Positions 24,270 to 35,621 are shown, counted from the stretch's first letter. The stretch: DNA of 64,000 bases from an uncultured Gemmatimonadaceae bacterium (GCA_963781585.1 CAWAGQ010000004.1:512001-576000), one strand, 5' to 3'. Made by a program: numbers and translations. The notes: a model not told the origin generated them from the sequence alone.

Positions 24270-26696
24270 ATGTCGCGAAACCTCTGGATTCTCATGGCCT
24301 TGGCTCTGTGTTCCGGCGTCGTCTCGGCACAGGATCAGGCGGCCGGGCGCTGCACCACGCCCGACTCGATCGTGGTGCGCGGCAACGAACGACTCGATCC
24401 GGTGACCGTCCGCGAAGACGCGGGGCTCGTGCAGGGCGTCCAGCTCAACTTCCGGATGCTGCAGAAGGCCCTGCGCCAGATGTACGCCACCGGTGAGTTC
24501 GACGCGGTCGATATCAACTGCGATGTCACACCGTCGGGTGATCATGCCTACCTGATCGTCGACGTCCGCGAGCGCAAGATCCTGCAGGATGTGGAGGTAA
24601 GCGGGGTGAAGAGGCTCGCGGAGCGGACGATCCGTGACCGGGCCGAAATGCCCCGCGGCAAGCCGGTCGATCCGGCTCTGGTCGCCCACGCGCTGTACGC
24701 GATCGATTCGACGTACGAGAAGAACGGCTACTATCTCGCGAGGGTCCGTGCCGAGACGACGCAGGTTTCTGACAACGCGGTCGGCATCATCTTCCATGTG
24801 GATGAGGGCCGGAGACTGGCCGTGTCCGGAATACAGGTGGAAGGGAATCGAATCGTGCCCGACATCGACATCGCGCACACCATGAAGACGAGACCGGAGG
24901 GCTTCTGGTGGTGGCAGCGCGGAGAACTGGACGACCAGATGTACGCCGCCGACCTCGCCTCGCGCATTCCGGAGCTGTACTCCAGTCGGGGCTTCATCGA
25001 CTTTCAGATGGAGCGGGACACGCTGATGATCGATCGGGACCACGGCAAGGCGCTGATCGACCTGTCGGTGAAGGAGGGTCCGGAGTACAAGGTGGGCAGT
25101 TTCGACGTGGTGGGGAGCCGGCATTTTTCCATTGACGACATTCACCGGTTCTTTCCGTTCGGGGACGAAACGCGTCCACTTGCGGCGCGCCTCAGCGATT
25201 TTCTCCGGCGCCGCCGTCCTCCGCCGTCGGGCGTATTCGACGAGTCGCAGTGGGAAGCCGCGACGGACCGCGTGCGCACGGCGTACAACAACGAGGGCTA
25301 CATCTACGCAACGATCCGGCCGGTGGTGGAGCGACACGTGGCGCCGGACTCCACCCGTTACGTGGATCTGCGCTGGGAAGTGGACGAGCAGTCGCCGGCG
25401 CTGATCAATCGCATCGACATTGTCGGAAACGACTACACCAGCGAGACCTGCATCCGCGACCAGCTGGTGATTCTCCCGGGCGACGTGTTCAACCAGGACC
25501 GGCTCATCAAGAGTTGGCAGAGCATCAGCAATCTGGGGTTCTTTGAATCACCCACTCCGCCGCCCGATACGCGTCGCGCCAACGATCAGGGCGACGTCGA
25601 CATCATCTTCAAGGTGAAGGAAAAGCGCACCGGCAACATCAACTTCGGCGGCTCGATGGGCCAGGGGACCGGGTTCGGCGGATTCATCGGCCTCGATCAG
25701 CCCAACCTGTTCGGCCAATGCAAGCGCGGCTCGTTGCAGTGGCAGTTCGGCCGGTACTTCAACGACTTCAACCTGACGTACTCGGACCCGCGCATCAAGC
25801 AGACGCAGCTCTCGGGACAGATCACCGCCTATCGAACGATGGCGCGGTATTACATCGCCGATCTCGGTCGCAGTCTGCGCACCGGCGCTCAACTGCAGCT
25901 CGGTCTCCCGGTCCGCTGGGATCCGTGGTCGCGCTTGTTCGTGTCCTACTCGGGTGAGTCGGTGAAGTTCGGCTCGAGCGGACTCCTCGGCGACGTCCGC
26001 AGCGAATTCGGAAACAACTCGTTCCGTTCGACGTTAGGCGTGTCGTACACGCGCGACACGCGGTTCGGCTTGCCGTTCCCCACCATCGGCACACTGCAAT
26101 CGGTATCCGCCCAATTCACCGGCGGACCGCTCGGCGGCACATCGGCGTTTCAGCGGTATACGGTGGAAACGAGCGCGTTCACGCCGCTGGCGCAGTTCGG
26201 TTCCCGTGCGCCCAGCGACCAGCCCATGGTGCTGGTGGCCGGGATCACCACGCACACGGGCGCGGTCTTCGGCAACACCGGACCGTTCTTCTTCTCGCAG
26301 GAATTCGCCCTGGGCGGCGTCCAGTACGGGGAGCGACTGCGCGGCTACGAGGAGTTCTCGATCACGCCCGACGGCTATGTCACCGGGACCGACACCTACA
26401 ATGCGCAGCGGGGATCGTTCGGGAAGGCGTTCCTGACCACGTCGGCCGAGATCGGGCTTCGGGTCAACAACTCGCTGTATCTCAACACCTTCTTCGACGC
26501 CGGCAACCTCTGGCGACGCGCCCGCGAGATCGACCCCACACGGATGTACCGGGGCGCGGGAATCGGCGCGTCGGCCATGTCGCCGCTCGGCCCGCTCGGC
26601 CTCGACTATGCCTACGGCTTCGATCGACTGGACGCCGCGGGGAGACGGGCGCCCAAATGGAAGTTACATTTCAGGCTTGGCCAATTGTTCTACTAG
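24270..26696 (+). CDS. bamA: Outer membrane protein assembly factor BamA
   Basis: Signal peptide, POTRA repeats, LRGY motif, SPLGPLGLDYAYG, aromatic C-terminus; upstream of skp and lpxD. Confidence 0.95.
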   Translation: MSRNLWILMALALCSGVVSAQDQAAGRCTTPDSIVVRGNERLDPVTVREDAGLVQGVQLNFRMLQKALRQMYATGEFDAVDINCDVTPSGDHAYLIVDVRERKILQDVEVSGVKRLAERTIRDRAEMPRGKPVDPALVAHALYAIDSTYEKNGYYLARVRAETTQVSDNAVGIIFHVDEGRRLAVSGIQVEGNRIVPDIDIAHTMKTRPEGFWWWQRGELDDQMYAADLASRIPELYSSRGFIDFQMERDTLMIDRDHGKALIDLSVKEGPEYKVGSFDVVGSRHFSIDDIHRFFPFGDETRPLAARLSDFLRRRRPPPSGVFDESQWEAATDRVRTAYNNEGYIYATIRPVVERHVAPDSTRYVDLRWEVDEQSPALINRIDIVGNDYTSETCIRDQLVILPGDVFNQDRLIKSWQSISNLGFFESPTPPPDTRRANDQGDVDIIFKVKEKRTGNINFGGSMGQGTGFGGFIGLDQPNLFGQCKRGSLQWQFGRYFNDFNLTYSDPRIKQTQLSGQITAYRTMARYYIADLGRSLRTGAQLQLGLPVRWDPWSRLFVSYSGESVKFGSSGLLGDVRSEFGNNSFRSTLGVSYTRDTRFGLPFPTIGTLQSVSAQFTGGPLGGTSAFQRYTVETSAFTPLAQFGSRAPSDQPMVLVAGITTHTGAVFGNTGPFFFSQEFALGGVQYGERLRGYEEFSITPDGYVTGTDTYNAQRGSFGKAFLTTSAEIGLRVNNSLYLNTFFDAGNLWRRAREIDPTRMYRGAGIGASAMSPLGPLGLDYAYGFDRLDAAGRRAPKWKLHFRLGQLFY

Positions 26697-26712
26697 GATA
26701 CGGGGAGCCCAA

Positions 26713-27330
26713 ATGCTTGAGTTGCGCCAGACGGTACGGTATGCGCTGTTCGCTGTCACGGTCGGTACGGCTCCGGTCAACGCGCAGAGCTCGCCACCGC
26801 TGAAGTTCGCGTATGTCGACACGCGTGTCATTCTGGACCGCGCGCCGGGCGCCAGCGACGTGCAGTCCCAGCTCGAGAAGGAGCGGGTTGCGAACATGGC
26901 GAGGGTGCAAAAGATGCAGGACTCCCTCAACGTGCTGGTGAATGCCTATCAGAAGGATGAACCGACGCTTTCGGATTCGCAGAAGGTGAAGCGCCGTGAC
27001 GCGCTGGAGAGCAAGCGCGCCGAATACGAGCAGCGCGCCAACGATCTGGACGACTCGTTGCAGAAGCACCAGGCCGATCTCGTTCAGCCCATCATGAGCC
27101 AGATCCGCGAAGTGCTGGACAAGATCCGCAGCGAGGAGGGGTTCGTCTTCATCTTCGACGTGGGGCAGAGCCCGGTCATCGTTGCCGCGGACAAGAACCT
27201 CGACATCACCGAACGCGTGATCGCGCGCCTCAAACCTATTCCGGTGAACGTCAGCAAGAGCGATTCCACCAAGCCCCCCGGAACGAAGCCCGGGCCGGCC
27301 GGTGTGAAGAAGCCGCCGCCAATACCGTGA
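26713..27330 (+). CDS. skp: OmpH/Skp periplasmic chaperone
   Basis: KFAYVD, long coiled coil, FIFD...DITERVI; bamA-skp-lpxD synteny. Confidence 0.92.
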   Translation: MLELRQTVRYALFAVTVGTAPVNAQSSPPLKFAYVDTRVILDRAPGASDVQSQLEKERVANMARVQKMQDSLNVLVNAYQKDEPTLSDSQKVKRRDALESKRAEYEQRANDLDDSLQKHQADLVQPIMSQIREVLDKIRSEEGFVFIFDVGQSPVIVAADKNLDITERVIARLKPIPVNVSKSDSTKPPGTKPGPAGVKKPPPIP

Positions 27331-28394
27331 CGGCAGTCGTCGATCGCAAAGAGGAATGGCGCAGCGGTGAGGGTGAGCACACTCTCACCGCTGCCGGCAT
27401 TGCGGACATGGTAGGTGGTGAACTGCGGGGGCCACCCGACGTGACGGTTTCGGCCGTCGCCCCCATCCATCGGGCCACGGCATCGGACCTGACGTTTCTG
27501 GCGTCGGCGAAGTACGCATTCCATCTGGCGGGGCGTACGCCAGGCGTACTGCTGGTATCGCCCGAACTTTCCCAGATGCCCGGTGACGCCCTGGCGCGCG
27601 TCGTGGTCAAGAATCCGCACGACGCGCTGGTGAGCCTGTTGCCGCGCCTGTATCAGCCGCCGCCGAAAACGCCCGGCGTACACGCCACCGTGCGTCTGGG
27701 GCACGGAGTCCGGCTGGGCAGCGACGTCAGCCTCGGACCGTACGTGGTGATCGGGGACGGGGCGGCGATCGGCGACGGCACGACAATCGGGGCCCAGACG
27801 GTGGTGGGAGACGGGGTCACCATCGGCGCCGGTTGCCATCTGTATCCCCAGGTCACGATCTACCGCGGAGCAACGTTAGGCGCCCGGGTGGTGGTGCACG
27901 CCGGGGCACGGGTCGGAAGTGACGGATTCGGATACACGCTGCGCGAGGGAGCCCACCAGCCGATCCTGCACGTGGGTCGCTGCATCATCGAAGACGACGT
28001 GGACATCGGCGCAAATTCGACCATCGATCGCGGGAGCATCGACGACACCGTGGTGGGGGCCGGGACGAAAATCGACAATCTGGTTCACATCGCCCACAAC
28101 GTGCAGATCGGGCGGCTCTGCCTGCTGATGGCACAGGTGGGCGTGGCGGGTTCGGTGCGCGTCGGCGATGGCTGCGTTCTCGCCGGGCAGGTCGGCGTGA
28201 GCGGGCACGTGGAGATCGGCGCCGGTGCGCGGCTCGCGGCACAGGCCGGCGTGTTCGGCAACATCCCTGCCGGCGAAACCTGGTCCGGGTATCCGGCGCG
28301 CCCGCACAACGAATCGTTGCGCGCGTCGGCGGCCCTGTTCCGTCTGTCGGGATTGATGAAGCGCCTGGAACGCCTCCTGGCGGACCGGGAGTGA
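27327..28394 (+). CDS. lpxD: UDP-3-O-acyl-glucosamine N-acyltransferase
   Basis: Hexapeptide repeats, [17 protein letters not shown] and [12 protein letters not shown]. Confidence 0.96.
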   Translation: MTAVVDRKEEWRSGEGEHTLTAAGIADMVGGELRGPPDVTVSAVAPIHRATASDLTFLASAKYAFHLAGRTPGVLLVSPELSQMPGDALARVVVKNPHDALVSLLPRLYQPPPKTPGVHATVRLGHGVRLGSDVSLGPYVVIGDGAAIGDGTTIGAQTVVGDGVTIGAGCHLYPQVTIYRGATLGARVVVHAGARVGSDGFGYTLREGAHQPILHVGRCIIEDDVDIGANSTIDRGSIDDTVVGAGTKIDNLVHIAHNVQIGRLCLLMAQVGVAGSVRVGDGCVLAGQVGVSGHVEIGAGARLAAQAGVFGNIPAGETWSGYPARPHNESLRASAALFRLSGLMKRLERLLADRE

Positions 28395-29701
28395 CTGCGG
28401 GAAACGCCGGGGTGAAGGAAACGGCAGTGGACGGCGCAGGCAGGCGCACGATCGCCCGGGAAGCGGCACTCGAAGGCGTGGGACTTCATCTCGGCCTCCC
28501 GTGCCGTGTGACGTTCCGGCCATCGTCAGGCGGAGGCATCATCTTCCGACGCACCGACCGGGTGGGCAGGCCGGTGATGCCGGCACGCGCCGACGTGGCC
28601 TTCCTGACCGAGCGGCAGACACAGCTCGGCGACGGGGAGGCGGCGCTGCACACGGTGGAGCACGTGCTGGCAGCGGTGGCCGGTCTCGGGCTCGACGACC
28701 TGGTGATCGAGATGGACGGCCCCGAGCCGCCGATTCTGGACGGGAGCGCGGGCCCGTACGTGCGGGCGTTGCAGGAGGCGGGAGTTGCGCCCAGCGCAGG
28801 GAAGGCCGAGTATCTGACCGTGGCCGTGGCGTTCCGTCACGAGGAGGGCGGGGCATGCTACGAAGTCAGTCCGGCCGAGGGGCTCGAACTCGACGTGACG
28901 ATCGAGTTCGCGCACCCGCTGGTAGGCGTGCAGCGTGGGCGGTGGGTGATCACGCCGGAGACGTTCGTGCGCGAGCTTGCCGACGCGAGAACGTTCGGCT
29001 TTGCCGATGAGGTCGACGTGCTGCGGGCACGTGGGTTGATTCAGGGGGCGTCGACCACCAACGCACTCCTGCTGGACGATTCCGGCGTGGTGGACAACAC
29101 GCTGCGGTGGACGGACGAGTTCGTCCGCCACAAGGCGATGGACTGCATCGGGGACCTGGCGCTTGCGGGAAAGCGGCTTCAGGCGCGCATTGTCGCGCGC
29201 CGGCCGAGCCATCGGGGGACTGTGACGCTGGTGCGGCAGCTGCTGCGTCGTGCCGCGAAGGAGCCGAGCGTGGTGGGGATCGAAGAGATCATGAAGGTGT
29301 TGCCGCATCGCTATCCGTTTCTGCTCGTGGACCGGATTCTCGAGCAGGAGGACGGAAAGCGGGCCGTCGGCATCAAGAACGTGACCATCAACGAACCGTT
29401 CTTCCAGGGGCACTTCCCGGGGCATCCGGTGATGCCGGGCGTGCTGATCATCGAGGCGATGGCGCAGGTGGGCGGCTACGTGCTGATGGGTCGCGTCAAG
29501 GACCGCGCCACGAAGGTCGTGTACTTCACGTCGCTGGACAACGTGAAATGGCGGCGTCCGGTGCGCCCCGGCGACCAGCTGCTGTTCGAAGTCGAGCTGA
29601 CGCAGATCCGCGGCATCGCCGCGCGACTCAAGGGCGTGGCACGGGTGGACGGCAACATCGTTGCCGAGGCCGAGATGTCGGCCATGCTGCGGGACAAATG
29701 A
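28391..29701 (+). CDS. lpxC-fabZ: Bifunctional LpxC-FabZ (UDP-3-O-acyl-GlcNAc deacetylase / 3-hydroxyacyl-ACP dehydratase)
   Basis: [13 protein letters not shown] and [11 protein letters not shown] (LpxC) fused in frame to [11 protein letters not shown] and FQGHFPG (FabZ). Confidence 0.95.
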   Translation: MTAGNAGVKETAVDGAGRRTIAREAALEGVGLHLGLPCRVTFRPSSGGGIIFRRTDRVGRPVMPARADVAFLTERQTQLGDGEAALHTVEHVLAAVAGLGLDDLVIEMDGPEPPILDGSAGPYVRALQEAGVAPSAGKAEYLTVAVAFRHEEGGACYEVSPAEGLELDVTIEFAHPLVGVQRGRWVITPETFVRELADARTFGFADEVDVLRARGLIQGASTTNALLLDDSGVVDNTLRWTDEFVRHKAMDCIGDLALAGKRLQARIVARRPSHRGTVTLVRQLLRRAAKEPSVVGIEEIMKVLPHRYPFLLVDRILEQEDGKRAVGIKNVTINEPFFQGHFPGHPVMPGVLIIEAMAQVGGYVLMGRVKDRATKVVYFTSLDNVKWRRPVRPGDQLLFEVELTQIRGIAARLKGVARVDGNIVAEAEMSAMLRDK

Positions 29702-30474
29702 CCGCCGAGATCCATCCCACCGCGATCGTCTCGCCTAACGCGCAGCTGGCCGACGGCGTGCGCATCGGACCGTACGCCATTGTGGGCGACGGGTGTGAAG
29801 TGGAGGCGGGCTGCGTGCTCGAGAGCCGCGCCGTTCTGCAGCGCAACGTGAAACTGGCGGCCGGCGTCACGGTAGGGATCGGCAGCATCCTGGGCGGTGA
29901 TCCCCAGGATCTCAAATACGACGGCGAGGAGACCTGGGTGGAAATCGGGGAGGGAACACGCATTCGCGAGTACGCGACCATCAACCGCGGCACAACGGAA
30001 TCCTTTCGGACGACGGTCGGCAAGCACTGCTTTCTGATGACGTACGTCCACCTCGCCCACGACTGCCACATCGGCGACGGCGTCATCATCTCCAATGGAA
30101 CCCAGCTGGCCGGTCACGTGACGATCGAAGACCGCGCGATCCTCTCGGGTCTGGTGGCAGTGCATCAGTTCGTGAAGATCGGCAAACACTCGTTCGTGGG
30201 CGGCTGCTCGCGGGTGGCGAAAGACGTGCCGCCCTTTCTGAAGGCGGTGGGGAATCCGGTGAAGTTGTACGGCCTGAACAGCATTGGTCTGCAGCGGAGC
30301 GGTTTCGACGACGCGGTCATTCGCGAGCTGAAGCGCGCCTACCGGCTGTTCTTCCGCTCGGAGCTGAACGTCTCGCAGGCGCTCGAACGTGCGCGATCGG
30401 AGCTGCAGCCGTTTCCGGAGGTGGCGCATTTTCTCCGGTTCCTCGAAGAGAGCGGACGCGGAGTGGTCATCTGA
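29698..30474 (+). CDS. lpxA: UDP-N-acetylglucosamine acyltransferase
   Basis: IHPTAIV start, PQDLKY, IREYATINRGT, HLAHDC and LAGHV; ATGA overlap with fabZ. Confidence 0.96.
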   Translation: MTAEIHPTAIVSPNAQLADGVRIGPYAIVGDGCEVEAGCVLESRAVLQRNVKLAAGVTVGIGSILGGDPQDLKYDGEETWVEIGEGTRIREYATINRGTTESFRTTVGKHCFLMTYVHLAHDCHIGDGVIISNGTQLAGHVTIEDRAILSGLVAVHQFVKIGKHSFVGGCSRVAKDVPPFLKAVGNPVKLYGLNSIGLQRSGFDDAVIRELKRAYRLFFRSELNVSQALERARSELQPFPEVAHFLRFLEESGRGVVI

Positions 30475-31484
30475 GCGCGCCACCAGTCCGGATCGGCGTA
30501 GTGGGGGCTGGGGCCCTCGGCTTCCACCACGTTCGCATTCTCCGGGATTTCGAAGAGGTGGAGCTGGTGGGGTTTCACGACCGGCGCCCGGCGCGCGCCG
30601 CGGAGGTCGCGGCCGATCTTGGCGTGCGCGCCTTCGAAGACCCCCTGCAGCTGATTCACGCCTGCGACGCCCTCACGGTGGTGGTGCCCACGCCGGCGCA
30701 TTTCGCGGTCGCGCGCGCGGCGCTCGAGCACGGGAAGCACGTGCTGATCGAGAAGCCCTTGACGGCGACTCTCGACGAGGCGGATGCCCTGCTCGCGATT
30801 GCCGCCCGGACCGGCGCGCTGGTGCAGACCGGGCACGTCGAGCGCTTCAATCGCGCCATCCGTGCGGCCCTGCCGTTCGTGGACCAGCCGCGGTTCATCG
30901 AGAGCGACCGATTGGCGCCGTTTTCTCCCCGCGGTGCGGATGTGGCGGTGGTGCTCGACCTCATGATTCACGACATCGATCTGATCCTCACCCTGGTCGG
31001 AGACGGCGTCCGGGACGTGTCGGCTGTGGGCGTACCGGTCCTGACACCGTTCGTCGACATCGCCAACGCGCGGATCACTTTCCTGGGCGGAGCGGTCGCC
31101 AACATCACGGCCAGCCGCGTCTCGCGCGAGCGCATGCGCAAGATCCGGATCTTCCAGAAGAGTGGCTACCTGTCCCTCGACCTGGCGACCGGAGCCGGGG
31201 AGTTCTACCGGATGAAGGGGGACCTGGATTTCGCGACGCTGGCGCAAGCACCCCTGCAGATCGAGGCCTTCGTGGAGCGCATTCCGCTGCAAGCCCCCGA
31301 TGGAGAGCCGCTGCGTCTGGAATTCGAAAGCTTCGTGTCGGCGGTGCAGGGTCGCGCCAGGGTCTCGGTGTCAGGGACGGCGGGTCGCGAGGCTCTGGCG
31401 GTGGCGCTCCGCATCCAGGAGGAAATCGAACGTACGCTGCCCGCCGTGGCCGGATCGACCGTCGCCGGAGCGGGCGGTGCGTGA
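30471..31484 (+). CDS. Gfo/Idh/MocA oxidoreductase, GnnA-like (UDP-GlcNAc 3-dehydrogenase candidate); probable CTG start
   Basis: RIGVVGAG Rossmann motif begins upstream of the first canonical start (30501); IEKP, GHVERFN and DLMIHDID motifs; sits between lpxA and lpxB. Confidence 0.85.
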   Translation: MSAPPVRIGVVGAGALGFHHVRILRDFEEVELVGFHDRRPARAAEVAADLGVRAFEDPLQLIHACDALTVVVPTPAHFAVARAALEHGKHVLIEKPLTATLDEADALLAIAARTGALVQTGHVERFNRAIRAALPFVDQPRFIESDRLAPFSPRGADVAVVLDLMIHDIDLILTLVGDGVRDVSAVGVPVLTPFVDIANARITFLGGAVANITASRVSRERMRKIRIFQKSGYLSLDLATGAGEFYRMKGDLDFATLAQAPLQIEAFVERIPLQAPDGEPLRLEFESFVSAVQGRARVSVSGTAGREALAVALRIQEEIERTLPAVAGSTVAGAGGA

Positions 31485-32592
31485 GGTTCTGCTCGTCGCC
31501 GGAGAGGCTTCCGGCGACCTTCACGCGGCCGCGCTGGCTGAAGCGCTGCGCCGGTCGCGGCCCGATCTTTCCCTGGTGGGTGTGGGCGGACGGGGCATGT
31601 CGCAAGCCGGCGTGAAGCTTCTCGAGCACACGGACCAGATGGCCGTGATGGGCTTCGTGGAAGTGCTCCGCGGACTGCCGCATCACTTCGCCCTGCTCAA
31701 AGCGCTGACCCGACGGCTGCAGAGCGGCAGCGTGGCGGCGCTCGTGACAATCGACTATCCGGGCTTCAACATGCGCCTTGCGTCGGCGGCACGTCGGGCC
31801 GGTGTGCCGGTGCTGTACTACATCACGCCGCAGGTGTGGGCGTGGGGCTCGGGCCGGCTGCCCAAACTCGCGCGGCGCATCACGCGGGCTGCCGTCATTC
31901 TGCCATTCGAGGAGGAACTGCTGCGGGCGCACGGAATCGACGCTACCTTCGTGGGGCATCCCCTGCTGGACAGTGCGCGCGAGCTTCCGGGCCGCGACGA
32001 GGCGCGTGCGGCGCTCGGCCTTGGTGCGCGCGAGCGGGTCCTCGCGCTGTTCCCCGGAAGCCGACGGCAGGAGATCGACCGGCACCTCGCGGACTTCGTG
32101 GCGGCGGCACGCCTGCTCGAGCAGCGGTACGCGGGACTTCGCGTGCTGGTCTCCGCGGCGCCCGGTGTGGAGCTCGACACCGCGCGGTGCCCGTATCCGC
32201 AAGTGCGGGATGCGTCGCTCTTGCTTCTGCGCGCAGCCGATGCCGCCTTGTGCAAGAGTGGCACGACGACCCTGGAGGCGGCGGTCGCGGGTTGCCCGAT
32301 GGTGGTGGCGTACCGAACCAGCCCCTGGACCCACGCCATCGCGCGTCGCGTGGTCCGCATTCCTCACATCGGACTCGTCAACGTCGTGGCCGGGCGCGAA
32401 GTGGCGCGTGAATTCGTGCAGCAGGCGCTTGAGCCATCGGCGGTCGCAGAAGCGCTGGCGCCGCTACTCGATTCCGGGAGTCAGGAAAGGTCGCGGATGG
32501 TCCAGGCTCTGGCCGAAGTGCGCAGTCGCCTGGGGGCTCCTGGTGCGGCCGGTCGCGTGGCGTCGATTGTCTCCGATCTGGCGCCGGCGTGA
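31477..32592 (+). CDS. lpxB: Lipid-A-disaccharide synthase
   Basis: AGEASGDLH, IDYPGFN, PQVWAW, FVGHPL, PGSR..E and SGTTTLE motifs. Start GTG 31477. Confidence 0.96.
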   Translation: MREVLLVAGEASGDLHAAALAEALRRSRPDLSLVGVGGRGMSQAGVKLLEHTDQMAVMGFVEVLRGLPHHFALLKALTRRLQSGSVAALVTIDYPGFNMRLASAARRAGVPVLYYITPQVWAWGSGRLPKLARRITRAAVILPFEEELLRAHGIDATFVGHPLLDSARELPGRDEARAALGLGARERVLALFPGSRRQEIDRHLADFVAAARLLEQRYAGLRVLVSAAPGVELDTARCPYPQVRDASLLLLRAADAALCKSGTTTLEAAVAGCPMVVAYRTSPWTHAIARRVVRIPHIGLVNVVAGREVAREFVQQALEPSAVAEALAPLLDSGSQERSRMVQALAEVRSRLGAPGAAGRVASIVSDLAPA

Positions 32593-33254
32593 CTGTCGAC
32601 CGCTCGCGCCGGATGGGGCGGAGGCTCCGCGTGGCGTTCGCGGCCGGCGCCGGCTCCATTCTGGTTCGGCTGCTGGGCCTGACGTGGCGATATCGACTCC
32701 GGAACCGGGAGAATGTCGAGGAACTCCGGATGCAGGGAAGGCCGATCCTGTTTGCGCTGTGGCACGGAGAACTGCTCCCGCTGCTCTGGCTCCATCGCCG
32801 CGAGCACATGAGCGTGCTGATCAGTCAACACTCGGACGGCGAGATCATAGCGCGGATCGCGCGATCGCTTGGCTACGAAGCGGTTCGCGGCTCGACGTCG
32901 CGGGGCGGTGTGCGCGCGGTGCTCGAAATCGTGCAGGTCCTGGAGGCACGCCGGGAGGTGGCTATCACACCGGACGGACCGCGCGGACCGCGCCACGAAT
33001 TCGCTCCCGGCACGTTGGCCATCGCGCAGCGTTCGGGGGCGCCGCTGGTGTGCGTGCGAGCCAACGCCTCGCGGGGCTGGCATCTGCGCACGTGGGATCG
33101 GTTCGTGATCCCGAAACCGTTCGCGCGCATCACGGTGGGATACAGCGAGCCAGAGGTCGTTCGTGCGGCCACCGTGCGAGACGCCGAGCGTGAGGCGCCG
33201 CGGTTCGCCCAGCTGATGAGGCAACTGTCGCGACAGGCCGGAGCGGCCGAATGA
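32589..33254 (+). CDS. DUF374 lysophospholipid acyltransferase family (LpxJ-like lipid A late acyltransferase)
   Basis: LWHG, ISQHSDGE, VRGSTSRGG, ITPDGPRGP and WDRFVIPKPF motifs; located between lpxB and lpxK. Confidence 0.85.
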   Translation: MTVDRSRRMGRRLRVAFAAGAGSILVRLLGLTWRYRLRNRENVEELRMQGRPILFALWHGELLPLLWLHRREHMSVLISQHSDGEIIARIARSLGYEAVRGSTSRGGVRAVLEIVQVLEARREVAITPDGPRGPRHEFAPGTLAIAQRSGAPLVCVRANASRGWHLRTWDRFVIPKPFARITVGYSEPEVVRAATVRDAEREAPRFAQLMRQLSRQAGAAE

Positions 33255-34288
33255 CCGGCGATCGCGTGTGGTTCGGCGAGGGACGCGGCGCTCGGGTGGC
33301 CCGGGTTGGCCTGGCGCCGGCAGCGACGGCGTACCGGGTGGTGATGGCCGTACGCAACACCCTGTTCGACCGGGGTTTCCTGGTACAACGACGCGTGGAC
33401 CTCCCAACGGTCTGCGTCGGGAATCTCTCGGTGGGAGGTACGGGAAAGACTCCGATTGCGGCGTGGGTTGCGGGCGCACTACGTGCGCGCGATGCGAATC
33501 CGGCCATTGTGCTCCGGGGCTATGGCGCCGACGAGACCGCCGTTCATCGGCAGCTGAATCCCACGATTCCGATCGTGGTGAGTGGGGACCGGGTTCGGGG
33601 GGTCGCGCGGGCCCACGCCGCGGGGGCCGATATTGCCGTGCTCGACGACGGCTTTCAGCACCGGCGCGCGGCGCGCGACGAGGACATCGTGCTCGTCAGC
33701 GCCGATCGCTGGCGCGAGCCGATACGCCTGCTGCCGGCGGGTCCGTGGCGTGAGCCGATCGTGTCGCTGCGGCGCGCCACCCTGGTGGTGGTCACTCGTA
33801 AGGCAGCGGCGGCAGGTGATGCTGCGGTGCTGGCGGAACGGCTGGCTTCGCTGACGCGTACCGGTGCGGGCGCGGTGATCGCGCTCCGACTCGGCGTGTT
33901 GTGCGAGGTGCACGGGATGCGACGGCTGGCGGTCGAGCGCCTGCGAGGCGAGCGGGTGCTGCTGGTGGCCGGGGTCGGGGACCCACAGGCGTTGGCGCGG
34001 CAGGTGGAGGCGGCGGGCGCCGTTTCGGAACCGGAGTGGTTTCCGGATCACCATCAATACACGGCCACTGAGATCAAGCGCCTGGCCAGTCGCGCCGAGG
34101 CTGTTGACCGGGTGGTATGCACCCTGAAGGACGCGGTCAAGCTGGGGGATCTCTGGCCTCGCCAAGCTCCCGGGCTCTGGTATTTTTCACAGCGCGTTGA
34201 GGTCGAGCGGGGCAGCGAGTTGATCGATGCCCTGCTGGACCGGCTGCTCGACGCGCGGCGCCTGACGACACCAATAACCGCCGGCTGA
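33251..34288 (+). CDS. lpxK: Tetraacyldisaccharide 4'-kinase
   Basis: [35 protein letters not shown] and TLKDAVK. Confidence 0.95.
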   Translation: MTGDRVWFGEGRGARVARVGLAPAATAYRVVMAVRNTLFDRGFLVQRRVDLPTVCVGNLSVGGTGKTPIAAWVAGALRARDANPAIVLRGYGADETAVHRQLNPTIPIVVSGDRVRGVARAHAAGADIAVLDDGFQHRRAARDEDIVLVSADRWREPIRLLPAGPWREPIVSLRRATLVVVTRKAAAAGDAAVLAERLASLTRTGAGAVIALRLGVLCEVHGMRRLAVERLRGERVLLVAGVGDPQALARQVEAAGAVSEPEWFPDHHQYTATEIKRLASRAEAVDRVVCTLKDAVKLGDLWPRQAPGLWYFSQRVEVERGSELIDALLDRLLDARRLTTPITAG

Positions 34289-34313
34289 GCTCCGGCGCGT
34301 GAGAGCGACCGAC

Positions 34314-35621
34314 ATGACTACCGACCTGCGGCTTCCCACCGACGCGATTGTGCAGCCTGACAAGGACCGGTTTCTGAACGAGGAGAATCCGTTCGAGGCG
34401 ATGATGCTGCGCTTCGATCGCGCCGCCGAGCTGCTGGACCTCGAGCCCGGGCTGTACAAGGTGCTGCGGAAGCCGGAGAAGCAGATCATCGTGGCCTGTC
34501 CGGTGATGATGGACAACGGGGAGATCGAGGTATTCACGGGCATCCGCGTGCTCTACAACACGTCCCGCGGCCCGGCCAAGGGCGGCATACGCTTCGACCT
34601 GAACGTGACGCTGGACGAGGTCACGGCCCTGGCGGCGTGGATGACGTGGAAGTGCGCGGTGGTGAACGTGCCGTTCGGGGGCTCGAAGGGTGGGGTGATC
34701 TGTGACCCGCTGAAGATGAGTGTCGTGGAGCTCGAGCGCCTGACGCGGCGCTTTACGACCGGGATCATCACCACGCTGGGGCCCGACTCGGACGTTCCGG
34801 CGCCGGACGTGAACACGAACGAGCGCGTCATGGCCTGGATCATGGACACGTACTCGATGCACGTGCGACACACCGTCACCTCGGTGGTGACGGGGAAGCC
34901 GGTCGAGATGGGGGGATCGCTGGGCCGGCGCGAGGCAACGGGCCGGGGATGCATGCTGGTGACCAAGGAGGCGCTCTCGCATCTCGGCATGAGCGTGCGG
35001 GGCACCTCGGTGGCCGTGCAGGGATTCGGCAACGTGGGGTCGGTCACGGCGCAGCTGCTGGCGCGCGAAGGGTGCAAGGTCGTCGCGGTCAGCGACCGCA
35101 CGGGCGCGATATACAATCCGAACGGCCTGGATGTCGACGACGTCATCGCGCACGTGCGCCACAACAAGACGCTCGAGGGATACCTCAAGGCCCAGCGCCT
35201 CACCAACGAGGAGCTGCTGGTGCTGGACGTGGATGTGCTCGTGCCGGCGGCACTGGAGAACGTCATCACGACCAAGAACGCGCCCAGGATTCGCGCCAAG
35301 ATCATCTGCGAAGGGGCCAACGGCCCGACCACCGCCGCGGCCGATTCGATCCTCGATGAAAAGGGCGTGTTCGTCATTCCCGACATCCTGGCCAATGCCG
35401 GCGGCGTGACGGTATCGTACTTCGAGTGGGTCCAGGACCGGGGCGGCTACTTCTGGAGCGAGGACACCGTCAACGAGCGGCTGCGGGACATCATTGTGCA
35501 CGGATTCCGGGATGTCCTGGAATTATCGCGCCAGCACAAGGTGAACATGCGCACCGCCGCGTACATGCTGTCCATCAGCCGGGTGGCCACCGTGCACCGG
35601 TTGCGCGGCATCTATGCCTAA
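34314..35621 (+). CDS. gdhA: Glu/Leu/Phe/Val dehydrogenase (glutamate dehydrogenase)
   Basis: [41 protein letters not shown] and [14 protein letters not shown]. Confidence 0.93.
   Translation: MTTDLRLPTDAIVQPDKDRFLNEENPFEAMMLRFDRAAELLDLEPGLYKVLRKPEKQIIVACPVMMDNGEIEVFTGIRVLYNTSRGPAKGGIRFDLNVTLDEVTALAAWMTWKCAVVNVPFGGSKGGVICDPLKMSVVELERLTRRFTTGIITTLGPDSDVPAPDVNTNERVMAWIMDTYSMHVRHTVTSVVTGKPVEMGGSLGRREATGRGCMLVTKEALSHLGMSVRGTSVAVQGFGNVGSVTAQLLAREGCKVVAVSDRTGAIYNPNGLDVDDVIAHVRHNKTLEGYLKAQRLTNEELLVLDVDVLVPAALENVITTKNAPRIRAKIICEGANGPTTAAADSILDEKGVFVIPDILANAGGVTVSYFEWVQDRGGYFWSEDTVNERLRDIIVHGFRDVLELSRQHKVNMRTAAYMLSISRVATVHRLRGIYA

Noticed and set aside
28391..29701. LpxC-FabZ fusion as a novelty
   Set aside because: This fusion is already well known in Bacteroidota/Chlorobiota and related lineages.
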